A DNA stretch of 63,459 bases, filler included, from Thraustochytrium aureum (lineage: Eukaryota), in the NCBI GenBank assembly GCA_012862495.1. It is 6 parts of 5 records of this genome, joined end to end, with 100 filler letters (N's around TTAATTAATTAA, not from the genome) between each part and the next. Parts side by side here need not be neighbours in the genome. Positions count along the whole stretch, not along the records: positions 8,454 to 33,865 come from BLSG01000128.1; 5 more parts are not named here. One strand, written 5' to 3'. A program made the position numbers and the translations under genes. The stretch's first letter is position 1. Each line of letters opens with the position of its first letter. Positions 11,536-22,288 of the stretch are shown here, piece by piece. Below the pieces are notes generated by a model that was not told the DNA's origin, searched no databases, and was given only the letters and a program-made list of their open reading frames with translations.

Positions 11536-12825
11536 TCACCAATCGCTACTGGGAAAGTTGGCGTCCGAGCCACAGATCATTCGAAAGTAGAGCCGGTCGT
11601 CGCCGTTGACGTCGCCATTCAAGCCAAACCAGAGCCACCGCTTCGCGTCGTGGTCGATGCACCCGTTCTCTGAGCCTTCGGCAGTCGCGCAAGTTCCGTC
11701 AAAACGCGACTTGGCGTACTGCTTGTGGCTCGATCCGTTCGAGTCCGAGTACCGCGCATGGAGCCAGCAGGTTTTCAGGTAGTTGTGCATCGGCGAGGTG
11801 CTACTCGGGTTGAGCAGGTGTGCGGACCAAAATATCCTGTCGTCCGAGTTCACGTCGCCACCAAATCTGAACCCCACGCCCACGTTGGAGCTATCACCAG
11901 CGCTGTCGATACAGTCTGTAGAGGTTTCTGTGGGCGTTGCTCTGTTGATATCAGCCCATCCGAACGAGATGCACATTGCTTTCAAGTCGTCGATGGCCTG
12001 CCGAAGCGGTGATCCAGCGACGCAGTTGACTGCGTCGGTGCACGTCGTGTCGCAATCCAGATTGACCCTGATGTCATCGTTCTTATCCACGTCGCCTTCC
12101 CACTGTTGCCTGGTCCACGAGTTGGCACCAAGGACGTGCACTACGGGAACCTTAACGATTTGCTTAAACGAATCCCAGGTTTGCATCGTGATTTTGCAGC
12201 GCGAGAGAACGGCACCGTAGTTGACAGGAGCGAAAGTCGGCGCCTTGGTCGGCGCCTTGGTCGGCTCCTTGGTCGGCGCCTTGGTCGGCCCTCGGGTCGG
12301 TGTCTTTGTCGGTTCCAAAGTTGGAGAATCACTTGGGCTCGCGGTCGTAGGCAACGGCGTCGGCGGGATCGTCGGGCCCTTTGTGGCCTCAAGGAAGGTG
12401 CCGAAGTGGGACTGACAGACGGCGAGAGGGTTGGCGCCGTCGTCGTCGGTGCGGACGTTGGAGATCGTGTCACGCCGACCGGAAGCGGGCTGTGCGAAGG
12501 CTGAAGCGTCGGCTGAAGCGTCGGCGAGACCTGGGGCGACGCGGACGGCGCAAGGCTCGAAGTTGGGGTGCCTGGCGAAGGGGGTGCTGTGACGTTTAGG
12601 CCATCCGCGGCCCCCTGTCCCTCGCTTGCGCTGTTGCTATTGTTGATGATGAGATCGGTGCCAAGGATGAGCCCGACGGCAGTGCCGCCCAGCGCCAGCA
12701 ACAGGAGCGCGGCGGAAGCCCCAATCAGGCGCTTCCGCCTGCTGGCACCTTGGTTGTATGGGGATAGAGACGGCTCGCTCTTCCGGGTCGGCGACGACCA
12801 CTGGGCCGCTTTTCGAGGGAGCCAT
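11536..12825 (-). CDS. Type II membrane/surface protein: N-terminal TM, Pro/Thr stalk, Cys-containing three-repeat C-terminal domain (frameshifts; start uncertain)
   Basis: RRKRLIGASAALLLLALGGTAVGLIL signal-anchor; PTxxPT repeats; C-terminal ~230 aa with three GDV[DN]xxD motifs. Confidence 0.7.
12230..12530 (-). repeat. 12-bp coding tandem repeats (PTKA / PTLQ)
   Basis: GTCGGCGCCTTG-type units repeated; translation PTKAPTKEPTKAPTKAPT. Confidence 0.85.
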
Positions 12826-13263
12826 GGGTTGGGAACGACTGCTTGCTCGCAGCAGCAGTTGATTGAGCTGGACGGGTCACGAGGCGAGGCGTTTTGGTGG
12901 TTTCCTGTGCAGTCTGCCGGAGTTTGTGGTCTGCGCCATGTTCCTCGCCGCCCAGCCTCCTTCCGTCAGCATCAGCTGCTGTCCGGCAGACCGTCGATTC
13001 GTACGTACCGGCAAGTACCTACTCTTTTCACGCGCGGGAAAGTACATGCAGCAGAGTGAGTACTTTCTACTCTGCTCTGCCAGCAGTTTTCGTCTTTGTA
13101 GAGTGTACCTACGGTACTTACCTTATTTGTCTCAGACTCGCCTTCAAGTTGTCGCAAGAGCGAGCCAGAATTTGCCACCATCCGAGTTCCCTGGGAGCAC
13201 TGGGAGCACACCTTGCTCTGGCGCGAAAGATCCGTCGCCCCTTCTTGCAGTGGTAGGTACGAG

Positions 13264-14291
13264 GATCTGGTGTGTTGGGCTGCCGTATGCCGTAGAGTAC
13301 TTGGCGCTGTGCAATGCTGCGGGCTCCAAACGAAAGGAAATCAATCGTTGTGGCCACTGACGAGAGAGGTTGAACGGTCGAGTACTGAGGAGGTACCTGT
13401 CGCTCGAGCAGAACCGTGACAACGCCGCGAAAGAGCTNNNNNNNNNNNNNNNNNNNNNNNNNNNNNNNNNNNNNNNNNNNNNNNNNNNNNNNNNNNNNNN
13501 NNNNNNNNNNNNNNNNNNNNNNNNNNNNNNNNNNNNNNNNNNNNNNNNNNNNNNNNNNNNNNNNNNNNNNNNNNNNNNNNNNNNNNNNNNNNNNNNNNNN
13601 NNNNNNNNNNNNNNNNNNNNNNNNNNNNNNNNNNNNNNNNNNNNNNNNNNNNNNNNNNNNNNNNNNNNNNNNNNNNNNNNNNNNNNNNNNNNNNNNNNNN
13701 NNNNNNNNNNNNNNNNNNNNNNNNNNNNNNNNNNNNNNNNNNNNNNNNNNNNNNNNNNNNNNNNNNNNNNNNNNNNNNNNNNNNNNNNNNNNNNNNNNNN
13801 NNNNNNNNNNNNNNNNNNNNNNNNNNNNNNNNNNNNNNNNNNNNNNNNNNNNNNNNNNNNNNNNNNNNNNNNNNNNNNNNNNNNNNNNNNNNNNNNNNNN
13901 NNNNNNNNNNNNNNNNNNNNNNNNNNNNNNNNNNNNNNNNNNNNNNNNNNNNNNNNNNNNNNNNNNNNNNNNNNNNNNNNNNNNNNNNNNNNNNNNNNNN
14001 NNNNNNNNNNNNNNNNNNNNNNNNNNNNNNNNNNNNNNNNNNNNNNNNNNNNNNNNNNNNNNNNNNNNNNNNNNNNNNNNNNNNNNNNNNNNNNNNNNNN
14101 NNNNNNNNNNNNNNNNNNNNNNNNNNNNCGTATCTGGTGTGTTGGGCTGCCGTTTGCCGTAGAGTACTTACCCGTGTGCAACGCTGCGGGCTCAAAGCGA
14201 AAGGAAATCAATCGTCGTGGCCACTGGCGAGAAAGGTTGAACGGTCGAGTACCTGTCGCTCGAGCAGAACCGTGGCAACGCCGAAAGAGCT
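13264..14291 (+). repeat. Diverged direct repeat, ~165-175 bp copies at 13264-13437 and 14132-14291
   Basis: Both begin ATCTGGTGTGTTGGGCTGCCGT and end near GAAAGAGCT, with substitutions and an ~11-nt indel. Confidence 0.9.
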
Positions 14292-14537
14292 GAGATCCTT
14301 CCGGTTGAGCAAGTACCCACTGACGACGCCTGCAGATGCGATATCCACCCCGATTGCAGCTGGTCGTGTGCTGGATGTCCGAAGGAGCACGAGACATCTT
14401 TCGAGAGCGAATGCATGCTACGGACACGTTCGCTACACCCGTGGCCTGATACGGCACAGTCGTCTGGATCCGCATCGACAGAGGAGTCTATCTTATCCGT
14501 CAAACACAAAGGCTTGGGCTTTGCTGATTTTGGCGGG

Positions 14538-14915
14538 GCCTCCGTGGCGCAGCGAAACGTCCGAGGTGGTGCTGCCCAACCCTTCGAATCAGGCTCGCTC
14601 GGCAGAGCTCTTTCGTTCATCCTTTGGCGAGTAACCCAACAACACATCCAAGTCAGTTCCACAGCAAACCTGGTTGGGCCTGCCCAACCCTTAGAATCAA
14701 GTTCGGCAGCGCTATTTCGTTCATCCTTTGGCGGCTCCGCTAAAGTTTGGGCCTCCAGCGGGCCGCCTCCGTGGCGCAGCGAAACGTCCGAGTTGGTGCT
14801 GCCCAACCCTTCGAATCAGGCTTGCTCGGCAGAGCTCTTTCGTTCATCCTTTTGACGAGTAACACCCAACAACACATCCAAGTCAAGTCGACAGCAAAAC
14901 CTGGTTGGGCCTGCC
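14538..14915 (+). repeat. Compound tandem repeat, period ~227 bp, with three copies of a ~57-bp sub-module
   Basis: GCCTCCGTGGCGCAGCGAAACGTCCGAG at 14538 and 14765; CTGCCCAACCCTT(C/A)GAATCA...CGGCAG.GCT.TTTCGTTCATCCTTT three times. Confidence 0.9.
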
Positions 14916-15352
14916 TTGGACCATGGCATTCGGAACACACATGGGCTCGGGCAAGTAAGGACGCTTGCTCGAGGGCATGCGCTTTTCCGCAAGCAAGAGA
15001 CAACGACAACCAAGAAGAGGCGGGGACGAAGAGACGCAGATCAACTCACTCATTGCAGAAAAGCAGGCCACACTNNNNNNNNNNNNNNNNNNNNNNNNNN
15101 NNNNNNNNNNNNNNNNNNNNNNNNNNNNNNNNNNNNNNNNNNNNNNNNNNNNNNNNNNNNNNNNNNNNNNNNNNNNNNNNNNNNNNNNNNNNNNNNNNNN
15201 NNNNNNNNNNNNNNNNNNNNNNNNNNNGCCCTTAGCCAACCTAACACGCACGCGCCGACGAGACCCGATCGACGCCACACAGAGAACGCCATGGAACACA
15301 ACACAAACACACGGGCCCCGCCGCGCACCCGCACCCGCACCGCCCGTGCCAC

Positions 15353-16483
15353 TTAAGAGATGACAAAGCCGGAGCGGCGAAGGTTGTTCTGCAGGATGAT
15401 ATCCTTGGCGGCGTTGAAAACGACCTCCACGTTGGCCGTGTCGGTGGCGCAGGTGACATGGCTGTAGATTTCCTTGTTCTTGTTCTTGTTGCGGTTGACG
15501 AAGAGCTGCAGGATGTACTTTTTCGTGCTTTCGTAGAGCACATCCAAGGACGGCCGCGGCTGGTCGTCGAGGTTGGGCCCCTCGTAGTCGATGTAGCGCT
15601 CCTTGTCGGCCTCCGTGACGCGAAAGGGGACTTCGGCGAGCTTCTCGCGGAACAGGTCCTTCTTGTTGAGGAAGAGGATCATCGAGGTGTTCTCAAAGTA
15701 GATCGAGTTGCAGATCTCGCCAAACAGGATGACGGCCTCGTCGAGCCGGTTCATGGTCTGGTCCTCGAACAGGACCTGGTCGTACTCGTTGATGGCGGCG
15801 ACAAAGATGATCGCCGTGACGTCGTCAAAGCAGTGGATCCACTTTTTGCGCTCGTTGCGCTGGCCGCCCACGTCAAACATGACAAACTTGATCTTGTCGA
15901 TCACGTACGTCTCCTCGACGATGCCCGACGTGCGCACGCGCGTTCGCAGGATGTCCTGCGGGCTCGGGATGTACTTGGGAGACATGAGGCGGTCCATCTC
16001 GCTGCAGTAGTATGCGAGCGCGTCCTGCACTTGAAAGTTGCTGCGGGCATGCCACGTGGCCTGGAACCCCGGGTCGCTCCAGTACGCCTTGATTTGGGCG
16101 CCGACGTCCTCGTCGATCGTGGCGTCCTTGCCGTCGGGGATCTGCATGAAGGCCTCGACGTTCTCCTTGAGGTCTTCGCTTTCGAGCGGGCCGTACGTGC
16201 TCGTTTGTTCCAGCACCGCCTTGAAGTTGGTGAGGATGTTGCCGTAGATGGTTACCGTAAACTGCTTGCGCTCCTCCTCGGTGTACCCGTGGTGCGCGCC
16301 GTACAGGATGCGCATCTGCTTGAAGATGGTCGACTTGCCGGACTCGCCAGCGCCGAGAAGCAGGAGCTTGATCTTGCCCTGCTCCACCTTTTGGGCCTCG
16401 CGCCCGCGCCTGTCGATTTCGCGCGAGGCGATCGCCAGCTGCTTTTCCTCGGCCGTCATGCCGGACGACGAACAGGCGCCCAT
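15353..16483 (-). CDS. Heterotrimeric G-protein alpha subunit #2 (complete, intronless, 376 aa)
   Basis: MGACSS (myristoylation/palmitoylation motif), LLLGAGESGKST, RVRTSG, DVGGQ, NKKD, TCATD. Confidence 0.98.
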   Translation of the reverse strand: MGACSSSGMTAEEKQLAIASREIDRRGREAQKVEQGKIKLLLLGAGESGKSTIFKQMRILYGAHHGYTEEERKQFTVTIYGNILTNFKAVLEQTSTYGPLESEDLKENVEAFMQIPDGKDATIDEDVGAQIKAYWSDPGFQATWHARSNFQVQDALAYYCSEMDRLMSPKYIPSPQDILRTRVRTSGIVEETYVIDKIKFVMFDVGGQRNERKKWIHCFDDVTAIIFVAAINEYDQVLFEDQTMNRLDEAVILFGEICNSIYFENTSMILFLNKKDLFREKLAEVPFRVTEADKERYIDYEGPNLDDQPRPSLDVLYESTKKYILQLFVNRNKNKNKEIYSHVTCATDTANVEVVFNAAKDIILQNNLRRSGFVIS

Positions 16484-16967
16484 CCTGCCTGCCCTTCTCT
16501 ATCCGCCCCGAGCGCTCTACCTGCCCTTCTGCCCTTCTGCCTGGTTGCCTGCCTGGTTGCCTGCCTGCCTGCCTCCTGGTTCGACCCAAGCCCACCGCGG
16601 TGCGCACTCGCTGCGTTTCAGCGTTGGTCGTCACACGTTGCAAGCAACGCACCCTCGGTCGCTCGCTCGCCCTCTCTGCAGCCTGAGGGCCTCTTCACCA
16701 GCCAGCCCGCCTGCCCGCGAGCCAGCCTGCGTGCCTTCCTCGGCTCCTTGCTCCGCCTGCCTTCGATCGCGCGGCCGCTCTTGCGCGTTCGTTCGTTGAT
16801 GCCGTTGGTGCTCTGCACGCAATGCACGGCGGCCTGCCTGCCTCTGTATGCATGCATGCGGCTGGCTACTCTACTCCACTCCTTGCATCCTTACAAGAGT
16901 AAAGTATGCAACTACTCGATACGACTCAGCATCTCGTGCAGCTTTGTCGGGCTGCTGCGCGAACTCT

Positions 16968-17070
16968 CCCACTCACTCGCTTACTCACTCGCTCGCTCGC
17001 TCACTTACTTGCTCACTCACTCACTCCGAACTCCCTTACTTTCTGACTCACTCAGTTACTTTCCGACTCA
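16968..17070. repeat. Degenerate (ACTC/GCTC)n microsatellite
   Basis: ACTCACTCGCTTACTCACTCGCTCGCTCGCTCACTTACTTGCTCACTCACTCACTC. Confidence 0.8.
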
Positions 17071-18789
17071 CACGCGGCCACCCACTCATGACCGCCCCCC
17101 CTCTCACGCTGCTCGAAGACATTGATGCCCGACGTGGGAGGGGCCGCCTGCCGTGCCTCCCAAGGGCGTCGCCTTCGCGCGAGAGGGGAGCGCGCACTGC
17201 GGTGCAGAATCTTTCACGCCCACTCCGTGTAGCTTGGGAGGAGGCTTTCGAGGGTGCTTGACGAAGGGTGCTTGTTTGTCCTGCAGGCAGGTGTGCCCTG
17301 CGCGTGCCTGGCAGCGCTCCTCGGGGGAACGCAGAACGGAGGATTCGCCGGACGAGCTGTTGATTCCCCTCCGAGTCCTGCCAGACGGTGTGCGACGCGC
17401 AAACCTGCAGCCTCAGGCGCGTGTTTGTCCGAGTGGGGAGGTGGGAAGGTCTCACTGCGTACCTTACTCTCTCCAGAGATAGCAAGGGCAGGTCAAGAAG
17501 GAGGAGTCAGATTCGATACCTACCTCATTGCTGTGAGAATTCCTTACCTACTTAGAGTGTACAGAGCAAGGAAACGAGGCCGGCGCGAGCAGGAGAACAA
17601 AGGCGCGCTCGTCTGTTCGTCGCAAGCAGCGAGCGAGCGGTTCTCTTGCTCGTCGTGCAAAATGGACGAAATGGCTGTGCCAGTGGGTGGGTCGGTCGCC
17701 CTCCCTCCCTCACCTCCTGCGGTGTGCTCCAGCCACCTTTCTCCCACTCTTTCCAGCAGACTTGGCTGGTTTGGTTTGGTACCTCCTGCTCTTCTCTGCG
17801 CAGAGGAGTCCAGACGCACAACAATCCACGTCGATAGAGTACCTCTACTACCTGCCAACCCTTTCCCTCCCTCCCCTTTTCTCCTGCTTTTCTACCTCCG
17901 AGTCGTCAGATTGCACTTGCTGGGCCTCCTTCCCCCTCCCACGGCGCCCTCACAAGCATCCTCGCTCCCTTGAGCCACCCCGCCCTTTCGCTAAAAAAAG
18001 ACGTCTGCCAGTCGGGAGAGCAGGGAGAGGAGGCCCCCGAAAAGACACCGGCTAGCACGAGCGCTGCGTGAGAGGGACCTGCAGGCCGCTGTGAGCGCCA
18101 GTGACCTGCCTCAGGCAGGACACGCGAGCACACCTCGCTCGCTGCCCACAGAGACATCAAAACCAAAACCAACAAAATCAGAAAAAAATCAACAAAATCA
18201 GAAAAAACAGAAAAATCAAAAAAAGACGAAAGGAGAGAGAGAGTGGGAGGAAGGAGAACATCGCAAGGCGACACACGAGCACGTGAGAAGCAGCAGCAGC
18301 AGCAGCGGCAGCAGCAGGAGTCGAGCAGGAGTCAAGCAGAAGGCAGGCAGGCAGAAGGCTGGCAGGCAGAGGGCTGGCAGGCAGGCAGGCAGGCAGGAAG
18401 CGACGCAGGCTCGGCAGCGGCAGGGCGCGTGCGAGAACGCAGGGANNNNNNNNNNNNNNNNNNNNNNNNNNNNNNNNNNNNNNNNNNNNNNNNNNNNNNN
18501 NNNNNNNNNNNNNNNNNNNNNNNNNNNNNNNNNNNNNNNNNNNNNNNNNNNNNNNNNNNNNNNNNNNNNNNNNNNNNNNNNNNNNNNNNNNNNNNNNNNN
18601 NNNNNNNNNNNNNNNNNNNNNNNNNNNNNNNNNNNNNNNNNNNNNNNNNNNNNNNNNNNNNNNNNNNNNNNNNNNNNNNNNNNNNNNNNNNNNNNNNNNN
18701 NNNNNNNNNNNNNNNNNNNNNNNNNNNNNNNNNNNNNNNNNNNNNNNNNNNNNNNNNNNNNNNNNNNNNNNNNNNNNNNNNNNNNNNNN

Positions 18790-20022
18790 CATCGCCAGGC
18801 GCGCCAAGAAGGACGCCGACAATGACAACAAGCGGATCAAGCTGCTCCTGCTGGGCGCCGGCGAGTCCGGCAAGTCGACCATATTCAAGCAGATGCGCCT
18901 CCTGTACGGCAAGGAGAAGCGGTTCACCGACTCGGAAATGAAGAAGGCCGCGCTCACCATCTACTCGAACGTGATCTCCGACTTTCAGACCCTGATCCAG
19001 AAGAGCGCCGAATTCGGGCCCTACAGCGACGCGCTCAAGGAGAGCGCCGAGTCGCTCCTGCGCCAGCCCTACGAGGCGCCCACCGCCTTTATCGACGAGA
19101 GCGTGGGCCAGATGATCAAGGCCCTCTGGGCGGACGAGGGCATCCAGGCCACCTGGAAGGCCCGGGCCAACTTTCAGGTGCAGGACGCGCTCGCGCACTA
19201 CTGCGAGTCGATCGACCGCATCGCGGCCGACAACTACGTGCCCACCACCAAGGACGTGCTGCTGACCCGCGTGCGCACCTCGGGCATCGTCGAGGAGCTC
19301 TACGTGATCGACGGCGTCGACTTTGTCATGTTTGACGTGGGCGGCCAGCGCAACGAGCGGCGCAAGTGGATCCACTGCTTTGAGGACGTCACGGCGGTCA
19401 TTTTCGTCGCCGCCATCAACGAGTACGACCAGGTTCTCTACGAGGACAACAAGGTCAACCGCATGGACGAGGCCGTCATCCTATTCGAGGAGATCTGCAA
19501 CTCCAAGTGGTTTGTCAAAACTAGCATGGTGAGTTTTCTTGGCCCCCCTCTTTTGCGACCCGCGTGCGCCGCCGGTCGGCCCCTGCGCCCTCGCTTCGGC
19601 CCGCCGCGTACTGCGCCGCGGCCTCCCTCGCTTCCGCTCACTAACACCGCGGGTGCTCGCAGATCCTCTTCCTCAACAAGAAGGACCTCTTTCGCGAGAA
19701 GCTCGTCACGAGCCCGTTTCGGATCGACGAGGGCGAGGACTCGCGCTTTGTCGACTTTCCGGGCCCGCACGTCGTCAAGGGGGAGGCATCCTCGCTTCTC
19801 GGCACGCCAGAGTTCGAAGCCTGCTTTGAGGCTGCAGCGGACTATTGCCTGCAGCTCTTTCTCTCGCGCAAAAAGGCGCCCAACAAGAAAGTGTACCACC
19901 ACGTCACATGCGCGACCGACACGAACAACGTTAGCACGGTGTTTGACGCCTGCAAGGACATCATCCTCAAGGAGAACCTCGTGCTCGGCGGCTTTTTCGA
20001 CGGCAAGGACGAGCCTGCCTAG
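18790..20022 (+). CDS. Heterotrimeric G-protein alpha subunit #3 (start in gap; intron 19529-19662)
   Basis: GAGESGKST, RVRTSG, DVGGQ. Removing a GTGAGT...CTAAC...CAG intron gives TSM|ILFLNKKD...HVTCATD...GGFFDGKDEPA-stop. Confidence 0.96.
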
Positions 20023-21297
20023 TCGAGAAGATCGTTCGATTCTAATGTCGCCCGTGGCCCTCTGTCCCGCCTGATGCAGGCCGCCCGTACAAAACGCCAT
20101 TTCATCAAAAAAGAATATCCCAGTGTCTCCCCCCTCCGCCCCAGCAGAGCAACCTAGCGAGCGAGGCCCGCGCAGCTCGAGCGCCGGCCGCCGCGCGCAA
20201 CAAACGACGCGGAGGAGCAAAAGCGCGAGTGCAGTCCCGCCAAGCACGCGCGCTGCGAAAGTGCGCGTCCTCCGCTAGGGTAAGGTTAGGTTGGGTCAGG
20301 GGCGGCGGCGCGGCACTGCGGGCGCGCGGGAGGGGCAGAGCGCGCCGAGTCGCAGACCTCGAGAGCGNNNNNNNNNNNNNNNNNNNNNNNNNNNNNNNNN
20401 NNNNNNNNNNNNNNNNNNNNNNNNNNNNNNNNNNNNNNNNNNNNNNNNNNNNNNNNNNNNNNNNNNNNNNNNNNNNNNNNNNNNNNNNNNNNNNNNNNNN
20501 NNNNNNNNNNNNNNNNNNNNNNNNNNNNNNNNNNNNNNNNNNNNNNNNNNNNNNNNNNNNNNNNNNNNNNNNNNNNNNNNNNNNNNNNNNNNNNNNNNNN
20601 NNNNNNNNNNNNNNNNNNNNNNNNNNNNNNNNNNNNNNNNNNNNNNNNNNNNNNNNNNNNNNNNNNNNNNNNNNNNNNNNNNNNNNNNNNNNNNNNNNNN
20701 NNNNNNNNNNNNNNNNNNNNNNNNNNNNNNNNNNNNNNNNNNNNNNNNNNNNNNNNNNNNNNNNNNNNNNNNNNNNNNNNNNNNNNNNNNNNNNNNNNNN
20801 NNNNNNNNNNNNNNNNNNNNNNNNNNNNNNNNNNNNNNNNNNNNNNNNNNNNNNNNNNNNNNNNNNNNNNNNNNNNNNNNNNNNNNNNNNNNNNNNNNNN
20901 NNNNNNNNNNNNNNNNNNNNNNNNNNNNNNNNNNNNNNNNNNNNNNNNNNNNNNNNNNNNNNNNNNNNNNNNNNNNNNNNNNNNNNNNNNNNNNNNNNNN
21001 NNNNNNNNNNNNNNNNNNNNNNNNNNNNNNNNNNNNNNNNNNNNTCGAACCGCCGCAGGAGCACCAACAGCACGGCGAGCACCAGAGACTCTAGGTACAT
21101 AGCGTGGCTAGCGCCGCACAGCAGCCGAAAGCTCGAGCTCGACCACAGCGCCTCAAAGCCGCACGAGGGCAACCGGCGGCACCGCTGTCAAAGATCCCTC
21201 CCTGCAAAGCGCGCCTCCCCAGTCGAGGAAGGCCGCCCCGACCGACAGAGCAGAGCAGGGCGAGCCAGAGCGGAGCGAGAGTGGCCGCGCCAGGGCG

Positions 21298-22288
21298 ATG
21301 AAGGTGTTTCTGCACTATGAAGAGTGCCTCGAGGAGGACCTGAAGATGACCGTGAAACTCACGCTCCCGAAAAAGTGGCGGTCCGGGCCAGCGCAGCGCC
21401 TCGTTGACACGTTCGTGGAGGCCTACAACAAAAAGCACAGCAGCGAGGGGCTGGACGAGAGCCTGGTTCACTTTGAGAAGAAGGACGGCTTTGTGGTCCC
21501 CTTTGACGCCCCCGTGGAGAGCTTTATGGAGTCGGGCGAGGACCTGTACTTGAAGAGCGGGCCGGGGCAGACCATGAGCGCGCTTGGCTTCGAGCCCACC
21601 ACCGAGGCCGTGAACGAGGACCCTGCCGCGACAACCACGGTGGGCTCCTCCGCTTCCAGCGCAAAGTCCGCCAGCTCAATGGCGGCAGCGAGGGCGGCAG
21701 CGGACGCCAAAGCTGCGGCAGAGGCAGATGTCGGCAAGCGTGACCAATCCAAGCCCTCTGCCGCAGAGCTGGAAGGCACGGTCATGTGCATGCGCTTTGG
21801 CTGCAACAAGCGCTACCGCAAGGACGCCAACAGCGAAACGAGCTGTCGGCACCACGCCAAGCCGCCCGTGTTTCACGAGACGCGCAAGTTTTGGGCCTGC
21901 TGCCCAGACAAGATTGCTTGGGATTGGGCGTACGTTTCGGGCTTGCCTGCAGTCGCTTTTGCTTGCAGTCGCTTTGCTTGCTGTCGCTTTGCTTGCAGTC
22001 GCTTTTGCTTGCTGCAGATTGCCCATCCCTGCTGGCGGTTGGCCAACGTGTGTCGCGCAACCTGATCGGTCCTGCGCTTGCAACTTGTCACGCTGACGCC
22101 CGCCGCCTGCGCACCCCCGCCGCGTCGTCGCCGATCGCGCGCCGCCGCTGGGCTCCTTGCACAGATCGGTACGTGATTTTGTAGATTCCAGCCCTGCGCG
22201 CCGCGACAGCCAAACTAACCAGTCTCGCAGTTCCAAGACATCGAGGGCTGCCAGGTCAGCTGCCACAGCGACCAAAAGCAGAGCGACC
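21298..22288 (+). CDS. CHORD (Cys/His-rich zinc-binding) domain protein. Exons 21298-21929, 22165-22168 and 22231 onward; 3' end in gap
   Basis: CMRFGCNKRY..CRHHAKPPVFHETRKFWACC..WDW|AS|FQDIEGCQVSCHS matches the CHORD consensus. Canonical splice signals flank each exon. Confidence 0.88.

Noticed and set aside
7401..13189. Shared 16-mer CCACCATCCGAGTTCC at ~7401 and ~13174
   Set aside because: A single short match with non-aligning flanks is compatible with chance.
15458..17125. Long antisense ORFs (e.g. 555 aa opposite G-alpha#2; also 57819-59282 and 61369-62790)
   Set aside because: These are shadow ORFs expected from GC-rich codon bias opposite real genes.
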